This document shows positions 27,169-35,991 of a DNA stretch of 64,000 nt, piece by piece. Location of the stretch: NCBI GenBank assembly GCA_017548545.1, contig JAFYZW010000010.1:13168-77167 (forward strand), written 5' to 3'. Below the pieces are notes generated by a model that was not told where the DNA came from, did no database searches, and was given only the letters and a program-made list of their open reading frames with translations. The translations under genes and the position numbers were made by a program. This DNA is from Bacteroidales bacterium (lineage in GTDB: Bacteria; Bacteroidota; Bacteroidia; Bacteroidales; UBA3663). Within the stretch, counting starts at the first letter, position 1. Each line of letters starts with the position of its first letter.

Positions 27169-28797
27169 ATGAAAAAACCATTATATTTGGCAGTAGCCAT
27201 TTTGGGAATCCTTGCCTTTGGCAGTCTCACTTCTTGCCAGGATGAGGATTTTGGTGTGAGCACAGCTGTGCTGAAAGAGAAAGCATTTGAACAGGGCTTC
27301 ATCAAGGAGTTCGGCAAACCTTCAGCCGACCAGAGTTGGGATTTCTATGCCCAGCAGATGGAGGCTATCCGTCGGGGGGCTGGCAAGACACGTGCGACGA
27401 TGGCAGATCCTGACGAAGTAACTGTATCAAACGCCTCTCAACCGACGGACAAAGATTATTTTAATTCTATTGTCAGCGATGTTAAAATGGTCTTGGAGGA
27501 CGAAATCAACAATTCTCATGTCGGACAGAATCATTACGAGCTAACTTCTACTGGTACATTCAATGTTTACGCGATACTATATGCAGGCGATTATGAGAAG
27601 TATTCTAAGTTCAATTTGGATTTCGGCATCGCATATATGAATGGTAATACAGAAGTTAGGAAAAAACTTTTTGGATATAAGTCTGGTAGCGGTGAAATCA
27701 ACCCTGGCTATGCAAAACAAGTTTATATTACACCTGGAGCTTCGTTTTATTTTTATATGAGTATTACTCCAAGTGGAAGTGCTTGGAATCCAACTTATTA
27801 TAGGTTCTATTCGAATTCATCAACCTATAAATATGGAACCAATGTTAATTACTTAAATAACAATGGAACCCTAATAGGTAAAGATGGAAATACTTATGAT
27901 GGTGCTTCAACATTGGTTTATTCTATGGAAGTTAATGACGAAGCCGAAGGTGATAAGCAAATCATGATTATTGGTTTTGAAGACGGGTGGGCAGGTACAG
28001 CTGACCTTGACTTTAACGACTTGGTCATAATGATCGAAGGAGATCTTCCTGTTCCTGCCGCCAAGCGCTTCTTCTGTGAAGACAAGGAGTCATTGGATTG
28101 GGACTACAACGATGTGGTGTTCGACGTGATGAACTCAGGTATCGTGCTTCGTGCAGTGGGCGGTACACTTCCAGTATGGTTGCTTGTGAAGAATAGAGAA
28201 TCAAATGAATACAAAGATATCGGAGGCGAGCTTCATGAACTGATGAGAAGCAAACAATTCCAAACAAGTCACCAAAATGCTCAGTTGACCTATCGACGCA
28301 AAGATGAAAATGGGGAAGAGAAGACCTTTTACCGCCCCATTGACGTAGGTGTTGAACATGGGCTTTGGCTTGATCCTGTCCAGGTTGTTCGATGGACGAC
28401 AAGTATGCAAGCAGGTCAACCAGACACGCGATTGAGGGAAGGCGAGGTGGAACGTTTTGCCAATCCCTTTGTGAATAATCCCGTAGGTGGACTTAAATTG
28501 GTCGTGGGCAGTGAGTATGGACAGACTTTAGCCGATGCTATTGAACGTGCTACGGTGGATATGGATAGTAAGGAAACTATCATTGAGATTGATGGCTTTG
28601 GAAGCATACCTGCCATCTGGTCTGGTCCTGTGTCTGTCAGATGGATGAAGGAGTTGGAAAAGATCACTAAGGGTTACCCTGACTTCTATGGAGGAGGCAC
28701 TCCTGCAGAGAGTGGCAGCCAACCACAATGGTGGGTGAGCAATATAAATACAAGTTACATGTATGACTTCTGGGGTGATGGTGGAGATACGCTCTAA
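27169..28797 (+). CDS. LruC-domain-like surface lipoprotein, paralog 3
   Basis: 542 aa. LAFGSLTSCQDEDFGVS, FEDGWAGTADLDFNDLVIMIEG, LDWDYNDVVFDV, and C-terminal IPAIWSGPVSVRWMKELEKITKGYPDFYGGG. Confidence 0.55.
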   Translation: MKKPLYLAVAILGILAFGSLTSCQDEDFGVSTAVLKEKAFEQGFIKEFGKPSADQSWDFYAQQMEAIRRGAGKTRATMADPDEVTVSNASQPTDKDYFNSIVSDVKMVLEDEINNSHVGQNHYELTSTGTFNVYAILYAGDYEKYSKFNLDFGIAYMNGNTEVRKKLFGYKSGSGEINPGYAKQVYITPGASFYFYMSITPSGSAWNPTYYRFYSNSSTYKYGTNVNYLNNNGTLIGKDGNTYDGASTLVYSMEVNDEAEGDKQIMIIGFEDGWAGTADLDFNDLVIMIEGDLPVPAAKRFFCEDKESLDWDYNDVVFDVMNSGIVLRAVGGTLPVWLLVKNRESNEYKDIGGELHELMRSKQFQTSHQNAQLTYRRKDENGEEKTFYRPIDVGVEHGLWLDPVQVVRWTTSMQAGQPDTRLREGEVERFANPFVNNPVGGLKLVVGSEYGQTLADAIERATVDMDSKETIIEIDGFGSIPAIWSGPVSVRWMKELEKITKGYPDFYGGGTPAESGSQPQWWVSNINTSYMYDFWGDGGDTL

Positions 28798-28834
28798 CTA
28801 ATTCTTGATTCCAGTTTGTTATGCCATAATCATT

Positions 28835-28866
28835 CAGGCATGGCCTCAGTCATGCCTGTTTTTTTC
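28835..28866 (+). terminator. hairpin plus T-run terminator of cassette 3
   Basis: CAGGCATG-gcctcagt-CATGCCTG followed by TTTTTTT. Confidence 0.7.
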
Positions 28867-28916
28867 ATTTGCTTACAAAGAGATTAGGACTTGGCGAGAA
28901 GTTGTAATATAATAAA

Positions 28917-28944
28917 GAGAGGTCTGCTGTGATGCAGGCCTCTC
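28917..28944 (-). terminator. hairpin terminator of the lectin gene
   Basis: GAGAGGTCTGC-tgtga-TGCAGGCCTCTC, 40 nt after the minus-strand stop, followed by a T-rich tract on the minus strand. Confidence 0.55.
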
Positions 28945-28984
28945 TATTGGGGGATTGGTGTGGTTGTTCAGGATGCCGTTATGC

Positions 28985-31900
28985 CTATTTGTTCACACGC
29001 TCCATGATCCACTGCTGGTTGATAGCGTTGTGTCGTCCGTAAAGTTGTATGCCGCGGTTCTCTTCATATTTCGCCCCTTCGACATCAATGGCTCGGCCTT
29101 CGTCTTTCGTGAGTAGCAGCAAGTAGTTGCCGTTGTCCATCTTCACGGCCTTCCAGCGTTCGAGATCCGAGCCCGAGTATTCGCTGAGCCATAGGAAGCC
29201 GCGCAGCTGGTCGTTGATGCTGATGACGTACTTTTCATCCAACATGCTGCGCAGGACGTAGGAGCCATCCTTCTCGCGCGACAATCTCCACTTCTGAGCA
29301 TCGGATTTCTTGTTTTTCTGAATTACCATCCTCAGGTGGTTTGACGCCTTGCCATTCACTGTAATCACATAGTCTGGGTCGCCTGCAGTCTTGATGATAT
29401 AGATGTTCCCTTCGTTCTGGGTGGTCGAAGAGGGTTTAGTGGTGGTTGAAGACGTGTTTGAAGTGTTGGATGTTGTGGAGCCGTCTGCACGTTCCATGAT
29501 CCACTGTTGGTTAGTGCCATTGTGCCGTGGGTAAAGCTGTAAGGTAGCGTTATCCTCCCATACTGCCCCTTCTATATCCAGTGCCTGGCTCTGTTTTTTC
29601 GAGTGTATCAGCACGTAGTTGCCGTTGTCCATCTTCACGGCTTTCCAACGTTCGAGATCCGAGCCTTTGGATTCGTTTAGCATCACAAATCCGCTCAGTT
29701 GATCGTTGCCACAGATGACGTAGTTTTCGTCCAACAGGCTGCGCAGGATGTAGGTGCCGTCCTTCTGGCGTGACAATCTCCATTTCTGAGCATTCGACTT
29801 CTGATTCTTCTGGATTACCATACGCTTTTGCTTTGCCACCTTGCCATCAGTCACTGTGACCACGTAGTTCGGGTCGCCCGCACTCTTTATATAATAGACA
29901 TTCCCTTCGTACTGGGTGGACGAAGATGTATTTGTGTTACCGCTGTTGTTGTTCGAAGGCTTTGTTGTGGTTGTCGTGGTAGTTGTACCGCTGTTGTTGT
30001 TTGAAGGCTTCGTGGTGTTTGTCGTGTTTGTGCTACCACTATTGTTGTTCGAAGGCTTCGAAGTAGTTGTTGTGGTAGTGCTACCACTGTTGTTGTTTGA
30101 AGGCTTGGTCGTGGAAGTCCCATCCACACGTTCCATGATCCATTGCTGGTTGAGGTCGTTGTGGCGTCCGTATAGCTGGACGCCCTGGTTCTCCGCATAT
30201 TTTGCTGCTTCGATGTCTAGGGCGCGGTTCTGGTCTTTCGAACACAACAGCATGTAGTTCCCGTTAGGCATCTTCACGGCCTTCCAGCGTTCGAGCTCCG
30301 AGCCTTTGAATTCGCTGAGCCATGCAAATCCGCGCAACTGGTCGTTGATGCTGATGACGAAGTTTTCGTCCGACATGCTACGTAGGGCATATGTGTCGTC
30401 CTTCTCGTGTGTCAATCTCCACTTCTGTGCATCCGTTTTCTTGTTTTTCTGGATAACAATCCTCTGATGGTTGGACGCCTTGCCGTTTACCGCAAGTACG
30501 TAGTTCGGGTCGCCTGCACTCTTGATATAATAGACATTACCTTCGTGTGGGGTGGACGAAGAGGTGTTTGTAGAACCACTATTGTTGTTTGAAGGCTTCG
30601 TTGTGGTTGTGGTTGTCGTAGTAGTTGTACCGCTGTTGTTGTTCGAAGGATTCGTAGACGATGTTGTGGATGTCTGCGTTGCGGAATTGTCACCGGGCTT
30701 ATCTTTTTCACAGCTACGGATCTTGAAACTTCCTTCCGACTTGCCGTAATTGCGGCTCTGTATCCCATGGGATAGTTGTGCCTCGTGCTTCTCGCTTGGA
30801 CCTTTGATTCTCACCAGGAGCGTTCCTGTCTCTCCAGGCTCCAAACGAGTGGCGTGTACAACGGCTGTTGCCAGGTCAGATTTGTCCATGTAGCCATACC
30901 CAGAGTTCTTGCCATAGACGGTTCCTGTGGTGCGGCCTGTGACGCGCACTTTTACCATTTCACCTCTCTTGTCGCGGTACTTTGAAATGTCGGGGTCGGT
31001 GACTTCGGTAACAGGAACTCCGATTACCTTGAATGCACCTTTCGCCTTCTTGTAGCTTTGGCTCTTAATGCCATTTCGAGTGATAGAGGGATAGCTGCCC
31101 TGGTCGGCTACGATTTCTATTACCACCTTGTCCACATTCCCTTCCACTTGGGCAGCAGCATGGAGGCTGGCAGTGGCAAGGTCGGAATCGATGGTGTAGA
31201 TGTAGTTCTTGCCACCCCAGATCTTGCCGTCTTTCCTCGCTTTCACCCAGAAAGTGAACCGTTGTCCGATTTTGTCGCGATATGGCGTAAGGTCGTCCGG
31301 CGCATCGATGACAGTCGATGAGGGCGTAGATGTAGTGGTAGTCGTTGGCGATGTGTTATTGTTGTTTGAGGATGTATTATTATTAGATGTGTTATTATTG
31401 TTAGAAGATGTATTGGTGTTGTTTGAGGATGTGTTGGTGTTATTAGAATTAGTGTCGTTTAAAGGGTTGGATGTGGAAGTCCCATCCACACGTTCCATGA
31501 TCCACTGCTGGTTGAGGTCGTTGTGGCGTCCGTATAGCTGGACGCCCTGGTTCTCCGCATATTTTGCTGCTTCGATGTCCAGGGCGCGGTTCTGGTCTTT
31601 CGAACACAACAGCTGGTAGTTTCCGTTAGGCATCTTCACGGCCTTCCAGCGTTCGAGCTCCGAGCCTTTGAATTCGCTGAGCCACGCAAATCCTCGTAGC
31701 TGGTCGTTGATGCTGATGACGAATTTTTCATCCGACATGTTATGCAGGGCATATGTGTCGTCCTTCTCGTGTGTCAATCTCCACTTCTGTGCATCAGTTT
31801 TCTGATTCTTCTGGATCACTATCCTCTGATGGTTGGACGCCTTGCCGTTTACCGCAAGTACGTAGTTCGGGTCGCCTGCACTCTTGATATAATAGACATT

Positions 31901-32524
31901 ACCCGCAGACTGGTCGGACGAGGAGGTGTTTGTGGATCCGCTATTGTTGTTCGAAGGATTCGTAGTGTTTGTGGGTGACGTGGAATTCGTGTCAGATCCT
32001 GATGTAGTGCTGCTCTTGACCTTTTCGAATGTCCACTGTTGATGATTGCATTTGTGCGTGCTCCATAGTTCTACGATTCCATTGTTCTTGGCATTATTGG
32101 TGCCATCCTTCAGTTCGAGGCAGAAATTCTTGTTGTCGCACGCCATCAGGACATATGAGCCATTGTTCTGCCGTTCGGGTACCCATTTCTGGCGATTTAT
32201 CCCCGTGTATGACGAAGTTACAATCAGGGCATTATTGGCTATCTGATTGTTTTTCGAATTGATGACAAGCTTGTTGTTGGCAACACTTCGCAGGATGATA
32301 GCACCACCGCTGAGGTTCTCCACTTCCCACATCTGGGAGGTCTTGTTCTGCCACTCATAGGCTACAATCTGATTGCCATCGGAAGCCTTGTCCCCTTTCA
32401 GCGTCAGTGCGTAGGAGGGGCTTTCGGTGTACTTGATGACATAGACACCATTGGGGATTACTTGAGCCATTGCGGCCAGTACGAAGAAGATAAGTGCGAT
32501 GACTGCAGTGATTCGTTTTTTCAT
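28985..32524 (-). CDS. secreted multi-domain lectin: 5 ricin-type beta-trefoil (CBM13-like) domains plus 2 central LCCL-like domains, joined by Ser/Thr/Asn-rich linkers
   Basis: 1179 aa. Signal peptide MKKRITAVIALIFFVLAAMAQ. (Q/E)xW triads recur in each ~140-aa unit (QMW/QKW/QQW, QKWRL/ERWKAV/QQWIMERV). The two central ~100-aa units, YRDKxG...G(K/T)(I/V)(W/Y)G...Y..(D)SDLATA..HA...(E)..G....V.I......Y.......GI(K/Q)S..Y.K..G(A/S)FK(V/I), match the LCCL pattern but lack its cysteines. Linkers carry KPSNNNSG repeats. Confidence 0.7.
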   Translation of the reverse strand: MKKRITAVIALIFFVLAAMAQVIPNGVYVIKYTESPSYALTLKGDKASDGNQIVAYEWQNKTSQMWEVENLSGGAIILRSVANNKLVINSKNNQIANNALIVTSSYTGINRQKWVPERQNNGSYVLMACDNKNFCLELKDGTNNAKNNGIVELWSTHKCNHQQWTFEKVKSSTTSGSDTNSTSPTNTTNPSNNNSGSTNTSSSDQSAGNVYYIKSAGDPNYVLAVNGKASNHQRIVIQKNQKTDAQKWRLTHEKDDTYALHNMSDEKFVISINDQLRGFAWLSEFKGSELERWKAVKMPNGNYQLLCSKDQNRALDIEAAKYAENQGVQLYGRHNDLNQQWIMERVDGTSTSNPLNDTNSNNTNTSSNNTNTSSNNNNTSNNNTSSNNNNTSPTTTTTSTPSSTVIDAPDDLTPYRDKIGQRFTFWVKARKDGKIWGGKNYIYTIDSDLATASLHAAAQVEGNVDKVVIEIVADQGSYPSITRNGIKSQSYKKAKGAFKVIGVPVTEVTDPDISKYRDKRGEMVKVRVTGRTTGTVYGKNSGYGYMDKSDLATAVVHATRLEPGETGTLLVRIKGPSEKHEAQLSHGIQSRNYGKSEGSFKIRSCEKDKPGDNSATQTSTTSSTNPSNNNSGTTTTTTTTTTKPSNNNSGSTNTSSSTPHEGNVYYIKSAGDPNYVLAVNGKASNHQRIVIQKNKKTDAQKWRLTHEKDDTYALRSMSDENFVISINDQLRGFAWLSEFKGSELERWKAVKMPNGNYMLLCSKDQNRALDIEAAKYAENQGVQLYGRHNDLNQQWIMERVDGTSTTKPSNNNSGSTTTTTTSKPSNNNSGSTNTTNTTKPSNNNSGTTTTTTTTKPSNNNSGNTNTSSSTQYEGNVYYIKSAGDPNYVVTVTDGKVAKQKRMVIQKNQKSNAQKWRLSRQKDGTYILRSLLDENYVICGNDQLSGFVMLNESKGSDLERWKAVKMDNGNYVLIHSKKQSQALDIEGAVWEDNATLQLYPRHNGTNQQWIMERADGSTTSNTSNTSSTTTKPSSTTQNEGNIYIIKTAGDPDYVITVNGKASNHLRMVIQKNKKSDAQKWRLSREKDGSYVLRSMLDEKYVISINDQLRGFLWLSEYSGSDLERWKAVKMDNGNYLLLLTKDEGRAIDVEGAKYEENRGIQLYGRHNAINQQWIMERVNK
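30111..30541. repeat. 431-bp intragenic direct repeat, copy A (ricin unit 3)
   Basis: Nearly identical by eye (a few dozen substitutions at most) to 31473-31903. The offset is exactly 1362 bp (454 codons). Confidence 0.9.
31473..31903. repeat. 431-bp intragenic direct repeat, copy B (ricin unit 2)
   Basis: See copy A. Both begin gtggaagtcccatccacacgttccatgatcca and end cttgatataatagacattacc. Confidence 0.9.
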
Positions 32525-32588
32525 AGTCGTAAATATTCAAATGTATAAATTAATGAAGTCATGGTAGCATGACCAAGGTTTTGTGGTG

Positions 32589-32596
32589 CAAATATA
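32589..32596 (-). promoter_or_regulatory. -7 box TAtaTTTG for the lectin gene
   Basis: Plus strand reads CAAATATA, 65 nt upstream of the ATG at 32524. Confidence 0.45.
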
Positions 32597-32845
32597 TGGA
32601 TTAATTTGAAACTCTGCAAATTTTTCATGGAAAAAAATTGAGTTCTTATTTGAAATAGGGGGATTTTTGTGCAGTCTTCTTACTTTTTTGGCTTATTGCA
32701 GTTTCACTCGGATTTGCAATGCTTTTACTTTTTATGTGGAAATTGATGGTATAAATTAGTTGAAAATCAATAAGCTGCGATTGCAATCATTTTGCAAATC
32801 TTTACTTTGAAAGACATTCGGAAATTTTTGTGTATTATTATTCCA

Positions 32846-32853
32846 TACCTTTG
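32846..32853 (+). promoter_or_regulatory. -7 box TAccTTTG for the susC operon
   Basis: Lies 94 nt upstream of the ATG at 32947, leaving a ~85-nt leader. Confidence 0.5.
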
Positions 32854-32946
32854 CACCGTGAAAACCGTTTCGCTTCACATATCATGATTTACACTGAGTA
32901 ATTGAAAAATCCATTGACACATTAATAATAATAAAAACAAACATCT

Positions 32947-35900
32947 ATGAAAAAAACAATCAAGTTATTCGGTGCGAAGCTTGTGATGATGCTTGTAATG
33001 ATGTTCACGGTGCAGGTGGCATTGGCACAAGGCAAGATCTCAGGCAGCGTCGTTGATGCGACTGGAGAACCTGTCACTGGTGCATCCATTGTCGTGGTTG
33101 GAACCCTTAATGGTACGGTTTCGGATATTGATGGCAATTTCAGCATCAATGTGAAGTCGGACGACATGCTTCAGATTTCGTACATCGGTTACGTCACTCA
33201 GACGGTCAAGCCGGTTAATGGCATGACGGTGACGCTGGCAGAAGACAACGAAATGATCGACGAGGTTGTTGTCGTAGGTTACGGTGTACAGCGCAAGAGT
33301 GACCTTACCGGTGCTGTAGCCAAGGTAGATGGCAAGACCCTCGAGGAGCGTCCGATGGCGAACATCGTGCAGGCCCTGCAGGGTGCTGTTCCCGGCCTGA
33401 ACATCTCGGTGACAGGTACCAATGCCGAAGGTTCGAGCTCGCAGACACGTATTCGTGGCGAGAAATCCATCTCGGCCGATAACAAGCCGCTCATCATCCT
33501 CGATGGTATCCCTTTCGATGGCCCTTGGTCGGAAATCAACCCCAACGATGTGGCCTCGGTGGAAGTGCTGAAGGATGCCTCGTCGGCCGCCATCTACGGT
33601 GCTCGAGGCTCGAATGGTGTTATTCTGATCACCACAAAGAAGGGTGACAAGGGCAAACTGAACGTTTCGTACTCGGCCAACTTCACAGTCAACAAAGCCG
33701 TCATCGTGCCGCGTCTGATGACTGGTCAGGAATTCTGGGATGCCAAGATTGATGCCTTGAAGGCTGCCAACGTGATTGACCCTACACCTTCGAATCCCGA
33801 GCCTTGGATGGGCAATATCACTATGACGGAGCAGCGTCTGCACGATGCCGGATTGGAGACCGACTGGCTTGACCTCGCCTTGCGTACCGCTTTCAGTCAG
33901 CACCACAACCTTTCGTTCCGTGGTGGCGTAAACAAAACGTCCTACTACGTTTCGTTCAACCTGGCCGACAATGAGGGCATCGCCGTGGGCAACAATTTCC
34001 AGCGTGTCAACCTGCGTGTGAACCTTGACCAGGAGTTCACCGACTGGCTGAAGTTCTCGACCAACACCCAACTGGGTCGTTTCGACCGCAGTGGCAGCAA
34101 CGCCTCATTCAGCCGTGCGTTCAAGATGAACCCATTGGCCGAGGCCTACAACGAGGATGGTTCGATTCGCTCTACCGCTTGGGAGGACTCGAGCGAGGCA
34201 TTCTGTGTGAATCCGCTCGATGCATTGAACAACAGGACTCGCGATATTCGCTATAAGGTCGTCACCAACAATGCCCTCGACATCAAGATCCCGTGGATCA
34301 AGGGCCTGACCTATCGCCTGAACACTGGCTTCACCTATGAGAACTCATCGTGGAAGCAGTACCAGGGACTTGACACCTATTATGGAGCCCGTGCCAACGG
34401 TATCATCAACACCGACGACTGGCATTCGGAGGAATGGATCATCGAGAACATCGTTTCGTACAATCGCGAGTTCGGCAAACATCGCCTTTTCCTCACCGGA
34501 CTCTATTCGGCTCAGAGCAAGGAGTACGAACAGAACACGATGGAGGGCAAGGACTTCCCCAATGACGTGATGTACTATTACCAGATGTCGAAGGCCAGCA
34601 CCTCGTCGGGCAGTTCTTCGTATTGGAAGGTGAACCACCTGTCGCAGATGTTCCGTATCAACTATACCTACGACAGCCGCTATCTGTTGACCCTCACGGC
34701 CCGTCGCGACGGCTATTCGGCCTTCGGTGCCGACTCGAAGTTCGGTGTGTTCCCGTCGATGGCATTGGGTTGGAACGTGATGAACGAGAAGTTCTTCAAG
34801 TCGGCCTTGGACGTGATGAATAATCTGAAGTTACGCCTTTCGTGGGGCAAGAATGGCAATGAGGCCATTTCGGCCTATTCGTCATTACCAAACCTCTCGA
34901 CCTATAATTATTTGAACGACGACCATACAGCCATGTACGGCTTCTTCCCCGAGAAACTGGCTTCGCCAACCCTTGGCTGGGAGACGACACAGCAGGTGAA
35001 CTTCGGTGTGGATTTCGCTTTCTTGAACAATCGCATTTCGGGTACGTTCGATACCTATTGGTCACATACCAAGGACCTGTTGCTCAATCGTTCCATTCCC
35101 ACCATCAACGGTACGGGCAACATTACCGAGAATCGTGGCAAGACCAAGGGCTCGGGCTGGGAGTTGCAGATCAACAGTACTAACATCGTGAAGAAGAACT
35201 TCACTTGGACCACTACACTCAATCTGGCTCATTACAATACGGAGATTGTCGATGTCGGCATTTACGACGAGAACGGAAACCCTGTGGATGACGTGGCTTC
35301 ACGCTGGTTCATCGGTGAGCCCATCAGCGTTAACTACGACTATAAGAAGATCGGCATCTGGCAGATTGCCGATGCTTCGAATCCCAAGGGCCAGCAGGAC
35401 CCCAACTACCGCTATTCGATTCCGGGATACGTGAAGGTGGAAGACAAGGATGGCCAGAATGACATCACCCCCGATGACATGCAGCTCATCGGATCGGCAG
35501 TGCCTTGGCTGATTGCTTCGCTATCGAACAGCCTTTCGTACAAAGGACTTACACTTACCGTCTTCCTCAACTCGGAGTTTGGACGCTCGGCCAACAATAC
35601 GCTGATGACCGTCTATTCGAACTCGTATCGCCAGAACCGCCTCTACCATGACTTCTGGACACCCGAGAATCCTACAAACGACTATCCGATGAATAGTCTT
35701 GACGCAGGTCCCAACCCTTACGATGCAGGATTCTATGAGGATGCCTGGTTCGTGAGACTGCAGAACGTCAACTTGAGCTACAACCTTCCTTCTACTTGGC
35801 TTAAGAAGATTAAGCTCAGCCGTGTACAGGTTTATGTCGATGGCAAAAACCTGAAGGTATGGACACCATGGAAGGGTCTTGATCCTGAATATACCTCCAA

Positions 35901-35958
35901 CCAGCAAAGCACGCCGCCTCAGCGGTCGATCAGCTTTGGCTTGAAAATCGATCTTTAA
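32947..35958 (+). CDS. susC: SusC/RagA family TonB-linked outer membrane protein
   Basis: 1003 aa. CarbopepD_reg N-terminus (GKISGSVVDATGEPVTGASIVV), the SusC plug (VVVGYGVQRKSDLTGAV, ILITTKKG), and C-terminal PQRSISFGLKIDL. Confidence 0.92.
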   Translation: MKKTIKLFGAKLVMMLVMMFTVQVALAQGKISGSVVDATGEPVTGASIVVVGTLNGTVSDIDGNFSINVKSDDMLQISYIGYVTQTVKPVNGMTVTLAEDNEMIDEVVVVGYGVQRKSDLTGAVAKVDGKTLEERPMANIVQALQGAVPGLNISVTGTNAEGSSSQTRIRGEKSISADNKPLIILDGIPFDGPWSEINPNDVASVEVLKDASSAAIYGARGSNGVILITTKKGDKGKLNVSYSANFTVNKAVIVPRLMTGQEFWDAKIDALKAANVIDPTPSNPEPWMGNITMTEQRLHDAGLETDWLDLALRTAFSQHHNLSFRGGVNKTSYYVSFNLADNEGIAVGNNFQRVNLRVNLDQEFTDWLKFSTNTQLGRFDRSGSNASFSRAFKMNPLAEAYNEDGSIRSTAWEDSSEAFCVNPLDALNNRTRDIRYKVVTNNALDIKIPWIKGLTYRLNTGFTYENSSWKQYQGLDTYYGARANGIINTDDWHSEEWIIENIVSYNREFGKHRLFLTGLYSAQSKEYEQNTMEGKDFPNDVMYYYQMSKASTSSGSSSYWKVNHLSQMFRINYTYDSRYLLTLTARRDGYSAFGADSKFGVFPSMALGWNVMNEKFFKSALDVMNNLKLRLSWGKNGNEAISAYSSLPNLSTYNYLNDDHTAMYGFFPEKLASPTLGWETTQQVNFGVDFAFLNNRISGTFDTYWSHTKDLLLNRSIPTINGTGNITENRGKTKGSGWELQINSTNIVKKNFTWTTTLNLAHYNTEIVDVGIYDENGNPVDDVASRWFIGEPISVNYDYKKIGIWQIADASNPKGQQDPNYRYSIPGYVKVEDKDGQNDITPDDMQLIGSAVPWLIASLSNSLSYKGLTLTVFLNSEFGRSANNTLMTVYSNSYRQNRLYHDFWTPENPTNDYPMNSLDAGPNPYDAGFYEDAWFVRLQNVNLSYNLPSTWLKKIKLSRVQVYVDGKNLKVWTPWKGLDPEYTSNQQSTPPQRSISFGLKIDL

Positions 35959-35991
35959 TCATCAATGGTCTTCAAATAAAAAACTAAAGAT

